The translations under genes were made by a program, and so were the position numbers. A DNA stretch of 64,000 nucleotides from a virus. This document shows positions 53,421 to 61,146 of this stretch, piece after piece (positions within the stretch are counted from its first letter, which is position 1; each line of letters starts with the position of its first letter). The notes beneath the pieces were generated by a model. It was not told the origin of the DNA. It ran no database searches and saw only the letters and a program-made list of their open reading frames with translations. The stretch lies in IMG/VR virus record IMGVR_UViG_3300050821_007016, positions 1 through 64,000 of that record. One strand, written 5' to 3'.

Positions 53421-53641
53421 CGCATACCCGACGAGCAGCTCGCGTCATAGACTAGAACCTGATCGCGGTAGCCGGGGTAGGCCAGCACGACGCGGCCCGA
53501 GAGCGGACCGTCCTCCTCGATCTTCTGCTGCACGACGCAGTTCTCCGGGATCGCCGGCGGAGGGAAAACCGCCAGCATCCCTACGACTATCACGCCAGAG
53601 ATCAGCGCCGCGCCGGCCATGATCCGGTGCCCGTCCATCAT
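53390..53641 (-). CDS. Membrane-anchored hypothetical protein
   Basis: N-terminal TM, Cys pair. Confidence 0.5.
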   Translation of the reverse strand: MMDGHRIMAGAALISGVIVVGMLAVFPPPAIPENCVVQQKIEEDGPLSGRVVLAYPGYRDQVLVYDASCSSGMRWMNLRGGIK

Positions 53642-53805
53642 GGCTTGATCCTCCGGGGTGGGTCGCTCCGCAGGAAAGCCGCGAACGCGATCGCCACCAC
53701 CGCGCTGACGGTGTGCGACGCGCCGGCCGCGTCGATGACCAGGTAGGCAATGCTGCCGTAGATGAACGCGGCGCTGCCCCAGTAAATCCCGTGACTGCTC
53801 AACAT
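53638..53805 (-). CDS. Small two-TM protein (55 aa)
   Basis: GGAGGT RBS; coupled. Confidence 0.5.
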   Translation of the reverse strand: MLSSHGIYWGSAAFIYGSIAYLVIDAAGASHTVSAVVAIAFAAFLRSDPPRRIKP

Positions 53806-54287
53806 TTTTCTACCTCCGCCGTGAGAAGTTTCTGGGCGCTGTCGTAGGTGTCGCGATAGAGCCTAGTTTGTGTGGCGACGGCGGCCACGATCTCTGGGTC
53901 AGACGGAGGCCAATGTCGCTCGATCTTCTCGCCACTGTCGTACCCCTTAGTGCGGATCGTCTCGCACGTTCGAACGATCGCCCATGCCGGGTATTGCGTG
54001 AGAAGCGATCGGACCGATTCCACCCTTGCTGCGGCCTCGTCGGCGCCCTGCCTCATGGATGGGAAAGATCCGAACATGTCAAGCAGTGCAAGCGCAACCT
54101 CATCAAGCTCCGCTTCGTGAAAACCCTGAATCCACGGTTCAATCTCGGTCTTGCGCGCCGTCAACTGCGATCGCTCGGTCGCCGTCAGCGCGCGGCGCAG
54201 CTCCCTATTTCCGAAATCCGGTTTCCAAGCGCTCCACGCTTGCCGCGGTATCTCGATGTCCGTCTGCCGGTTCAATATCGATGGCAT
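53799..54287 (-). CDS. Replication accessory protein (helicase-loader / P-like position)
   Basis: Follows the initiator; L..YPAWAI...C......WPPS.PEI. Start uncertain. Confidence 0.5.
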   Translation of the reverse strand: MPSILNRQTDIEIPRQAWSAWKPDFGNRELRRALTATERSQLTARKTEIEPWIQGFHEAELDEVALALLDMFGSFPSMRQGADEAAARVESVRSLLTQYPAWAIVRTCETIRTKGYDSGEKIERHWPPSDPEIVAAVATQTRLYRDTYDSAQKLLTAEVEKC

Positions 54288-55110
54288 CGATTCCGAACGA
54301 CGCCTGCTCAAAAGCATTTCTTTCCGCGATGCTTCGTCGGAGACGCGCTGCAAGTCCCGAGAAGCCAATTTTTGAATTACCATTCCCAACGGTTTCATGT
54401 CGTCTGATGTGCTCATCGTCCCAGCATCCTTTGTTGAGCCAGACCTCCGGCGCTTTGGTGAACTGAGGTTCGGGCTGGCTATCGACGTAGTGTTTCAATC
54501 CCAGCATCAATTTGGTGAACGTGACGTCGCCGCGCTTTCTGATGGTGTCGAACTTTCGCTGCGCGGCGCCTTTTCCGGTCTTGCGACCGGGCGGGTAATA
54601 CCTCCAAAAAATTTCGAACGCATTCGGCGGATAATCATCAGCGCGGGTCGGCTTGTCCGACCCCGCAGATTCTTTCTTAGGTATTGGCTCTGGTACTGGT
54701 TCTGGTATATGGGGGTTAGGCTCCGGTTGAACCTGATTTTTATTTCCTTTTGCTTTCAAAAGGTTCGGGTTTCCGCCAAGTCTGCCGTTGCTTCGACTCT
54801 TCTCGGCCCGAACCATCCTTCTACAGTAGATGATCCCCCTCCGGTCGCGGCTGAAAACGCCGTTTAGCTCCAGCTCCTGGAGGAGCGTGAAGACCTCGAC
54901 CTCGGTGCTGCAGTTCGTCATCCGGGCGATCTCCACCTCGGTCAGCTTGCGGCCGTTGAGGGAGACGAAGCCGTGGTCCTTCCCCTTGTTCGCGCCGGCA
55001 TAGCAGAGCAGGTCCATCCACAGTCCGCGCGCCGCCAGAGATGACGCCCGCAGGCCTGGGTCGCTGAGCCAGTCCGGGAAATAGAACCTCGTCGAAACCG
55101 TGCCACTCAT
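54205..55110 (-). CDS. Phage replication initiator (lambda O-like)
   Basis: FY..DWLSDPGLR..SLAARGLWMDLLC...GVFSR...IY.RRM; FE.FW..YP.....K..A...F; P..WLN...W.DE. Confidence 0.8.
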   Translation of the reverse strand: MSGTVSTRFYFPDWLSDPGLRASSLAARGLWMDLLCYAGANKGKDHGFVSLNGRKLTEVEIARMTNCSTEVEVFTLLQELELNGVFSRDRRGIIYCRRMVRAEKSRSNGRLGGNPNLLKAKGNKNQVQPEPNPHIPEPVPEPIPKKESAGSDKPTRADDYPPNAFEIFWRYYPPGRKTGKGAAQRKFDTIRKRGDVTFTKLMLGLKHYVDSQPEPQFTKAPEVWLNKGCWDDEHIRRHETVGNGNSKIGFSGLAARLRRSIAERNAFEQASFGIDAIDIEPADGHRDTAASVERLETGFRK

Positions 55111-55307
55111 GGGCGCCTCGCGGCCAGAAAGGCGTCGATCGCGTCCTGCGTGGCCTTGTCGATCACCTTGACCGCGTGCGAAGTCGGGCCGGCGGATGAC
55201 TCCCGCGGCGTCGAGGCCTCGCGCAGGTCTATCCGCGCAAGCGCGTGCATGCGCCGCGCCTTGGTGCGCTTCTCATTTTCGTACGGACGCAAATTCCGCG
55301 GCATCAT
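55107..55307 (-). CDS. Hypothetical protein
   Basis: GGGGGA RBS; coupled. Confidence 0.5.
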   Translation of the reverse strand: MMPRNLRPYENEKRTKARRMHALARIDLREASTPRESSAGPTSHAVKVIDKATQDAIDAFLAARRP

Positions 55308-55992
55308 CTTCCCCCATTAGGTCACAACCTATGAACTCGCGGCCCGCCAGCCGGCAGGCCTCCAGCACGACGTAGCCTCCGGCGCACGGATCAACGACGA
55401 GGTCGCCGCGCGCGGTGCAGCTGCGGATCAGCCGGTCGATCAGGACGTGCGGCTTGGCGTGGGCATGGCGAACGGCGTCCTTTCCCTCCGACCAGCAGTC
55501 GGGGATCGCCTTGTCGGACCAGGTCCCGCCGACCATCGTCGGAGGCTTCTGCGCCACGACCAGGTACTCGCTGGCGGCGCGCAGTCGCTTGCCCATGCCT
55601 ATCCGCATCTTGTTCCAGGTGAGGAGGTCAACGACCTGCAGGCCGGATCGGCGCAGCCATTTGAGGTGGGTCGCCGTGCCGATCGAAAACTTGTCGCACC
55701 ATAGCATGAGGTAGCGCGACGGCTTCAGCACGCGGGCCGATTCCTCCGCGAAGAACGCTATGGTGTCGTCGGTCATCTGCGGGAGCCTGTGCCGCGCGGA
55801 CTGCCGCGCCCCCTCGTTGCCTAGCTTCAGGTAGTCCAAGCCGGTGCGGTACTGCGGGTCACAGAAAACAAGCGATGCTATCCCGTCCGGCAATCGACCC
55901 AGCAGCTCGATCCCATTCATGCGCTGGCGCGCGTTGCGCCGTAGGCCTTTCAAATAAAGTAGGCGGCGGTCGCCACCTTTAAGGCTTGCCAT
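55273..55992 (-). CDS. DNA methyltransferase (N6/N4 family, DPQY variant)
   Basis: LVFCDPQY, RVLKPS.YL.LW, TWNK, EYL, HAHAKP, DLVVDPCAG. Confidence 0.85.
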   Translation of the reverse strand: MASLKGGDRRLLYLKGLRRNARQRMNGIELLGRLPDGIASLVFCDPQYRTGLDYLKLGNEGARQSARHRLPQMTDDTIAFFAEESARVLKPSRYLMLWCDKFSIGTATHLKWLRRSGLQVVDLLTWNKMRIGMGKRLRAASEYLVVAQKPPTMVGGTWSDKAIPDCWSEGKDAVRHAHAKPHVLIDRLIRSCTARGDLVVDPCAGGYVVLEACRLAGREFIGCDLMGEDDAAEFASVRK

Positions 55993-56109
55993 GTTCGGGA
56001 ATCGGTTTACGCCTGCCTTGATTCGAAAAGGTAGCCATAGACCGCCACCGAAGTCCAGCCTAGCGCGGGAACAAAAGTCGATAGCGTAGAATAGCGCGCA
56101 CAACTCGGC

Positions 56110-56628
56110 TCAGGCGGCTGGATTTCTCGGAATGAACTCCCGCACCTCGATTCGCAGCGCGGGGAAGCGCGAGTACTGCTTGATCACCCTGGCATCCACG
56201 ATCTGGGCGTCGTCGCGCCAGACGATCCCGTTCAGGGCATCCTGGGCCGCCTTCAGATAATTGTCACCATCTGGCCGCGGCGTCGGGCGGATCGCGCCGG
56301 CCAGCGCCTTCTCCCTGTCGCGCGCCGGCCAGCTCGCCGGTACCTCCCGGTAGGCGTGGACTAGCAGCGCCAGCGGCCCCTCCGTCGGCCGCTTGCCGCG
56401 CATGTAGAGCGAGGCGGCCTCCGCCAGCGTGCGCTCGTAGGCCTCGGTCTGTGGATCAGGGTAGGTCTGGACGAACGGCTTCTTGTCCTTATCCTTCGGC
56501 GTGATGAGGCGGTGGCGGTGGCGCCCCTTGTGGCCCGGCGGCCCGGTCAGCTCGAAGGCGAGAAAGATCGGGCCGGCCACCAGAGGCGCCGGCCCGAGAT
56601 CGGGTAGTTGAAGCTGGTCGGGCTTCAC
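56110..56628 (-). CDS. rusA: RusA-family Holliday junction resolvase
   Basis: G.P..KGRHR...YP...T..YE; P..RPDGDNYLKAAQDALNGIVWRDDAQIV. Confidence 0.9.
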   Translation of the reverse strand: MKPDQLQLPDLGPAPLVAGPIFLAFELTGPPGHKGRHRHRLITPKDKDKKPFVQTYPDPQTEAYERTLAEAASLYMRGKRPTEGPLALLVHAYREVPASWPARDREKALAGAIRPTPRPDGDNYLKAAQDALNGIVWRDDAQIVDARVIKQYSRFPALRIEVREFIPRNPAA

Positions 56629-56819
56629 CTGACCAACCCCAACAGATCGACCAAGCGATGCCGCCCTTCGGCACGCTTCGTGTGCTCCTGGGCGCGGGCG
56701 ACGGATGCGTCGGCCGTCACGGTGGCTCGTTCTACTGAAGCATGTGCCAGAAACCACAGGCTGGCAGTGATGGTGACCATCGCCGCCAGCCAAACCACCA
56801 TCGTTCTCCGGTCCATCAT
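56625..56819 (-). CDS. Small membrane protein
   Basis: TM segment; coupled at both ends. Confidence 0.5.
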   Translation of the reverse strand: MMDRRTMVVWLAAMVTITASLWFLAHASVERATVTADASVARAQEHTKRAEGRHRLVDLLGLVR

Positions 56820-57214
56820 CAGGCCCCGGCTTCCTCGACGACCTTCCTCGCAGCGTCGCCGATCTTGGTCACGTTGCCGACGTTGTCCTCGAACATTCGC
56901 TCCTGCGCTTCGGCGCGCTTCTTGACGCCGAGCCATTCGAGGTACTCCAGCAGGTGGTGGTAGGTGACGTGCAGCTTCTCGTCCGGCAGAGCGTCCAGCG
57001 CGCACGCGATCGACAGCGCCTTGCGGTCGAGGTGCTTGTTCTCGACCGCCTTGCCGATCGCCTCGCCCAGCTCTCCCGCGATCGACTGCGTCCGCTTCTT
57101 GGCGTTGCGCTTCTCCCGCGCCAGGTCCTCCACCGTTTTTCGTGGGGGCAGCAGCAGGGTGGTCGCGACTACCTCGGTGGGTCCGCTCTTGCCGTTCTTG
57201 GGTGCTCTGGCCAT
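56819..57214 (-). CDS. GapR/DUF2312-like DNA-binding protein
   Basis: AAAGGA RBS; GELGEAIGKAVENKHLDRKAL...L...LEYLEWLG pattern. Confidence 0.55.
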   Translation of the reverse strand: MARAPKNGKSGPTEVVATTLLLPPRKTVEDLAREKRNAKKRTQSIAGELGEAIGKAVENKHLDRKALSIACALDALPDEKLHVTYHHLLEYLEWLGVKKRAEAQERMFEDNVGNVTKIGDAARKVVEEAGA

Positions 57215-57225
57215 CGGCCGTCCTT

Positions 57226-57426
57226 TCAGTTGAGGGTTACTTCCCCGGCCGCCATCGCGGCCGGCAGGTTCGCCTCCTCGTCGTCGGCCAGCACGTCGCG
57301 CAGCAGAACGGCTGCAATCTTCTCCGGCGCCGCGTGGCACATATCGGCGAAGTTGCGCAGCCGCTCGGCGGATTCGCCGTCCAGAGGAATCTTGATCCAG
57401 GTCGTTTCGAGGAGGTTTTTCATCAT
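57226..57426 (-). CDS. Small regulator (CII position, RHH-like)
   Basis: AGAGGA RBS; IKIPLD.ESAERL...A..LLRDVL. Confidence 0.5.
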   Translation of the reverse strand: MMKNLLETTWIKIPLDGESAERLRNFADMCHAAPEKIAAVLLRDVLADDEEANLPAAMAAGEVTLN

Positions 57427-57459
57427 CGCGATCCTCTTACAGGATTCGCGAATCGGCCA

Positions 57460-57735
57460 CTAGCCTTCGTCGAATCCCTTATCCACTTTTTTCCCCAACT
57501 TCGGCACCGGGGCCGTCCTCGGCCAGGGGGTGCCGCGGGGCCACTTCGAGCGCATCCGGTTCACCATCAGGAAGTACGTCTTGATCGTCGTCGACATCGA
57601 CCCGGCCAGATACTTCTCAAGAAACTGGTGATTCCCATGGATTTCCTTGCTGACGGTTGCCAGAGCCCATCCCCGCGCGTTGGCGTAGGTCTGGGCCAGG
57701 ACCATCAAGTTTTGGCGCATTATCTCCTCGGACAT
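57460..57735 (-). CDS. Cro-like HTH regulator
   Basis: L..LA..YA.A.G..LATVS......FL....G...T.........WP....WP; first gene of the leftward replication operon. Confidence 0.65.
   Translation of the reverse strand: MSEEIMRQNLMVLAQTYANARGWALATVSKEIHGNHQFLEKYLAGSMSTTIKTYFLMVNRMRSKWPRGTPWPRTAPVPKLGKKVDKGFDEG
57485..57498 (-). promoter_or_regulatory. Operator-like repeat TTGGGGAAAAAAGT within the 3' end of cro
   Basis: Exact match to the core motif. Confidence 0.55.
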
Positions 57736-57784
57736 GGTCCGTTAACTACCACCCCAAAAAGGCGCGCACAAGCCCCCTTGAAGC

Positions 57785-57813
57785 TGGACATTGGGGAAAA
57801 AAGTTCCTAAAGT
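57785..57813 (+). promoter_or_regulatory. Early promoter TGGACA-N17-TAAAGT whose spacer is the operator-like repeat
   Basis: Sigma70-like geometry in the divergent gap. Confidence 0.7.
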
Positions 57814-57854
57814 GGCGCCACGAACGTTGCCACCTTAACCCGGAGCGATTCGAA

Positions 57855-57998
57855 ATGTTCCAGCCGAAACTTCGGCGCGCGCCCAAGCATCCACGCCTCG
57901 CCGCGCCCGACCACTTCCTCCTCATCTTCATTCCCCTCCTGCTGGCGCTGGTTGCCAGCGTCGGGATGCTCGTCATCTTCGCGCTGGGGGTGCTCTGA
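57855..57998 (+). CDS. Small single-TM protein
   Basis: GGAG RBS; first rightward early gene. Confidence 0.5.
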   Translation: MFQPKLRRAPKHPRLAAPDHFLLIFIPLLLALVASVGMLVIFALGVL

Positions 57999-58195
57999 TG
58001 CGCTGCACCCTCTCCAACCTCGACATCGCAGTCCTGATAGAGGCCCTCGAAATGGCGGCCTCAAGGCACGAGAGCATGGCCCGCGCACAGAAGTTCGGCC
58101 GGCACCATGACCTTAAGGCCGAGGCGATGCGCCGGCTGCGGCTCCGCCTCTACGAGCAGAAGCACCTCGGCGTGACCGTGGAGCACGCGTCATGA
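57998..58195 (+). CDS. Hypothetical protein
   Basis: TGATG coupling. Confidence 0.55.
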   Translation: MRCTLSNLDIAVLIEALEMAASRHESMARAQKFGRHHDLKAEAMRRLRLRLYEQKHLGVTVEHAS

Positions 58196-58401
58196 CCAAT
58201 CCCTACCGCGACAAAATGGTCCAACAATATCGCCAGCGCCTGCTGAAGGCGCTGAGCGCCGACGATCTGAGCGCCGTCTTCGCCAAATTGGAGAGGACCT
58301 ACCCGCGCGGCGAGGCGCATATCGCGCGCTACATTCTGCTCAGGCAGTGGGATGACGCAATCCGCGACGCGATCCTCGAACGGATCGGGGAATTCCTATG
58401 A
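58192..58401 (+). CDS. Hypothetical protein
   Basis: ATGA coupling. Confidence 0.55.
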   Translation: MTNPYRDKMVQQYRQRLLKALSADDLSAVFAKLERTYPRGEAHIARYILLRQWDDAIRDAILERIGEFL

Positions 58402-58496
58402 TCACCCGAGACGAGCGCGACTTCATCGTCGCCACCACTTTCCTCCTCTTCTGCGCCGTCGCCGGCTGGACCGGCCTGTTCGGAGTGCTGCCATGA
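58398..58496 (+). CDS. 32-aa TM micropeptide
   Basis: MITRDERDFIVATTFLLFCAVAGWTGLFGVLP; coupled. Confidence 0.45.
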   Translation: MITRDERDFIVATTFLLFCAVAGWTGLFGVLP

Positions 58497-58695
58497 GCAA
58501 GTTCGGGGTTGCCATGTGGGAAGTCATCGTTAGCACCGCCATCGGCCTCGCGATCGCCGCAGCGATGGTCGCGGCCATGCTCGTCGGCGAGTTCGTCGCC
58601 GCCGGCATCATCGATCTGGCGTTCGACTTGGGGGCGCTCCGATGACCAAGACTCGTCGTCGACATCGACCCGGCCTGTTCGGAGTGCTGCCATGA
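58471..58695 (+). repeat. 26-bp direct repeat CCGGCCTGTTCGGAGTGCTGCCATGA (58471-58496, 58670-58695)
   Basis: Exact duplicate containing RBS plus ATGA. Confidence 0.9.
58493..58645 (+). CDS. Small hydrophobic membrane protein
   Basis: RBS lies in the repeat; coupled. Confidence 0.5.
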   Translation: MSKFGVAMWEVIVSTAIGLAIAAAMVAAMLVGEFVAAGIIDLAFDLGALR

Positions 58696-58889
58696 CTCAA
58701 AAGCAAGCCGTCCTGCTGATCATCTTGGCCGTCATCGTCAGGCATCAGCTCGGCGATGACAGCGCGCTTAGCGCTCTGATCAAACACATGATCGGAGATG
58801 TTGCCCGCGAATTGAACCAGCTCGGCGTGTCTTCGCCGGACCTGGAAACGATCCTCGAACAGCTGGACCATCTGCGGAGCCTTCAATGA
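58692..58889 (+). CDS. Hypothetical protein
   Basis: RBS lies in the repeat; coupled. Confidence 0.5.
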   Translation: MTQKQAVLLIILAVIVRHQLGDDSALSALIKHMIGDVARELNQLGVSSPDLETILEQLDHLRSLQ

Positions 58890-59053
58890 GAATCGTCGAA
58901 TGCCCGAAGTGCGGGGCCGACATCAGCGAGACCTATCAGTCCGCTGAACCGGACGTCGGCATCATTGGCAGCGGCTGGTTCTGCGACGCCTGCGAGGAGT
59001 TCGTCGAGGATGACGGAGACGACTTCGACTTTTACCCCGAGGACCTCACATGA
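58886..59053 (+). CDS. Small acidic zinc-ribbon protein
   Basis: CPKC...CDAC, acidic tail. Confidence 0.55.
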   Translation: MRIVECPKCGADISETYQSAEPDVGIIGSGWFCDACEEFVEDDGDDFDFYPEDLT

Positions 59054-59208
59054 CCAAGACCGTCCACGAGTGGATCAAGCAGGGCTTCAAACCCCACGGT
59101 CCCTACCAGTGCCGCTGCCCGCGCTGCGGCAAGGTCATATCCACCAACGCGCTCGCGCGCCGCAACCACCAGTGCCAAACGGAGGAAAAACCACGATGTC
59201 AGGCATGA
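59050..59208 (+). CDS. Small zinc-finger protein
   Basis: CPRC...H.C; GAGGA RBS. Confidence 0.45.
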   Translation: MTKTVHEWIKQGFKPHGPYQCRCPRCGKVISTNALARRNHQCQTEEKPRCQA

Positions 59209-60059
59209 TCGGCGATAATACGCAAACCATCGACTACGCGCGGGAGGAGTCGGAACGACTCCAACGCGATTACGCGGAGCTGGCCCGCACGGCGCAGAGT
59301 CTTTTCGACGAGGCGGCGGAAGTCCCCGACGTTATCGAGGTCGAGCACAAGTCGGCCGTCGTCGAGCTGATCAAGCGAATACGCGATGTCACTAAACGCG
59401 TGACCGGCATCCACGAATTAGAAAAACTACCTCACCTCCGGCGCGGCCAGGGCGTGGACAACTTCTTCTTTGGACTTCATGACAGCCTGATGCGGCGGGA
59501 CAAGAAGAACCGGCCCGGCATCGGCGACACTCTCAACCAGCGGCTCACCGAGCTGGACGTGCGGCTTCTCGCGGAGGAGAACGAGCGGCGCCGGCTCGCG
59601 GCCGAGGAGGCGGCCCGGATCGCCCGGGCGAAGGCCGAGGCCGAAGCCAAGGCCGCCAGGGAGGCCGACGAGAAGCGTCTGGCCGCCGAGCGGGCTAGGC
59701 TGGCCGAGACCCGCGCGGCGAAGCAGGAGGCCGCCGCTGAGGCGGAGAGGGCCGCTTCAGCCGCGATCGTCGAGGCCAAGGTGGCGGAGGCCGCCGCCGA
59801 GGAGGCGCACGTCGCGACGCTGTCCCGGCCGGCGGACATCATGCGCCAGCGCACCGCCGCCGGCACGCTCTCGACCATGCAGCAGGAGACCTTCGCCGAG
59901 ATCGAGGACCCGGCGCTGCTCGATGCGATCCGGCTGTGGACGTTCGTGACCTTCGAAGCCAAGCAGAAGGCGCTCAACGGCTGGGCGCGCTCGACCGATT
60001 GGCGCGAGCAGATGCCCGGCGCCCGGGTCGGCAGGCGCCCGAAGTCACAGGTGCGGTGA
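59196..60059 (+). CDS. Coiled-coil early protein (Gam/gp157-like position)
   Basis: GGAGG RBS; IGDN start, EK.PHL..G..VD.FF, long Ala/Glu coil, terminal PG. Confidence 0.7.
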   Translation: MSGMIGDNTQTIDYAREESERLQRDYAELARTAQSLFDEAAEVPDVIEVEHKSAVVELIKRIRDVTKRVTGIHELEKLPHLRRGQGVDNFFFGLHDSLMRRDKKNRPGIGDTLNQRLTELDVRLLAEENERRRLAAEEAARIARAKAEAEAKAAREADEKRLAAERARLAETRAAKQEAAAEAERAASAAIVEAKVAEAAAEEAHVATLSRPADIMRQRTAAGTLSTMQQETFAEIEDPALLDAIRLWTFVTFEAKQKALNGWARSTDWREQMPGARVGRRPKSQVR

Positions 60060-60514
60060 TGGCGAGGAAACCTCATTTGCGCGAGCGCAAGATCACGGTC
60101 GACATGTCCGAGTGGGAACTCGGCGACTGGCCCGAGAAGATCGAGGAGGCAATCACCATCGATCGGATCGGAGGAAAGCTCATCATCAAGATCGGGGACA
60201 AGCAGTTCGAGGATGCGGCCCGCGAGATCGCCGAGGACGCAGTGAAGGCGTTCTTCGAGCAGGAATTGTTCTTTCACTGCATGGCAGCTGGCATCGTACA
60301 GTCCGACCTTGAAGGCACCACGACGCTCATGATCCCGTGGAACGACATCTGGCTGATGCATCATCATGAGCCCGGGCGGACGACCCTGCGCGCCGCCCTC
60401 CAATGGATGATCGATGGCCTGCGCGACGCCACCCTCGAAGGCGAGGAGGAGCTGCGAGACGAGGTCGCGGCCATCCTCGACGAGGCGCTAAAAAAATGCG
60501 GAGACAAGCCATGA
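60059..60514 (+). CDS. Hypothetical protein
   Basis: TGATG-coupled start at 60059. Confidence 0.55.
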   Translation: MARKPHLRERKITVDMSEWELGDWPEKIEEAITIDRIGGKLIIKIGDKQFEDAAREIAEDAVKAFFEQELFFHCMAAGIVQSDLEGTTTLMIPWNDIWLMHHHEPGRTTLRAALQWMIDGLRDATLEGEEELRDEVAAILDEALKKCGDKP

Positions 60515-60693
60515 TGGTCGCGTGGCCGATCGTAAAGGCGGAGATGCGGCGCAACCCGCCGCGCCCGCGCGCCAAGCGGCGGCGGTTCCTCCACTGGCAG
60601 TTCTGGTTCGGATTCTGGCTCGGCGGCCTCGCCGTCGCCGCGATGATACTAGCGTGGCGGCTGTATCTGCCGCTTTGGACGTTGGGAGTTTAA
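60511..60693 (+). CDS. Small membrane protein
   Basis: Basic N-terminus, Trp-rich TM. Confidence 0.45.
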   Translation: MMVAWPIVKAEMRRNPPRPRAKRRRFLHWQFWFGFWLGGLAVAAMILAWRLYLPLWTLGV

Positions 60694-60695
60694 AC

Positions 60696-61004
60696 ATGCC
60701 TAGATACTCAATCGTCGGGATGAGCCACCTAAAAACCGAAAACCTCGTCGCCGAGATGGACGAGGGTGAGCCGGTCGCGCTGGTGCGTGAGCCGGACAAC
60801 CCGTTCGACCCCAACGCCGTCGCGGTGTGGGCGCGCAATGTCAAAGTAGGCTACGTGCCGAAGGCCACCAACGCCGTGCTTGCCGGGTTCATTGACCGGA
60901 GCGGCGCCGGCCCGATTATGGGACTGGACTCCGCGCACACAAAATTCATTCACGCTAAGTTCGTCCGGTCGCCCAATAGCCGGTATCCACAAGTGGAGAC
61001 TTAG
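60696..61004 (+). CDS. HIRAN domain protein
   Basis: IVG......L...GE.V.LVREPDNPFDPNAVAV.....VGYVP. Confidence 0.85.
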   Translation: MPRYSIVGMSHLKTENLVAEMDEGEPVALVREPDNPFDPNAVAVWARNVKVGYVPKATNAVLAGFIDRSGAGPIMGLDSAHTKFIHAKFVRSPNSRYPQVET

Positions 61005-61018
61005 GAGATAATAGTCGA

Positions 61019-61112
61019 TAAGCGGACGCGTTATGTCGAAAGGCTGCTGAGCGTTTTGCGGGCTCCCGGGAAGCTCTGAATGGCAGGATAAAGCGCCCTG
61101 CACGTCCGTTTA
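61019..61112 (+). ncRNA. Candidate structured RNA leader (multi-stem with pseudoknot) upstream of erf
   Basis: Hand-folded helices (see finding); no family recognised. Confidence 0.4.
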
Positions 61113-61146
61113 ATATTTAAGGATCGTAACCATGAAGGAGAAAACA

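Noticed and set aside
58471-58695. Mini-CRISPR array (two repeats plus a self-matching segment)
   Set aside because: There are only two copies, 173 bp apart. The repeat is an RBS/start joint, the intervening DNA is coding, and no cas genes are present.
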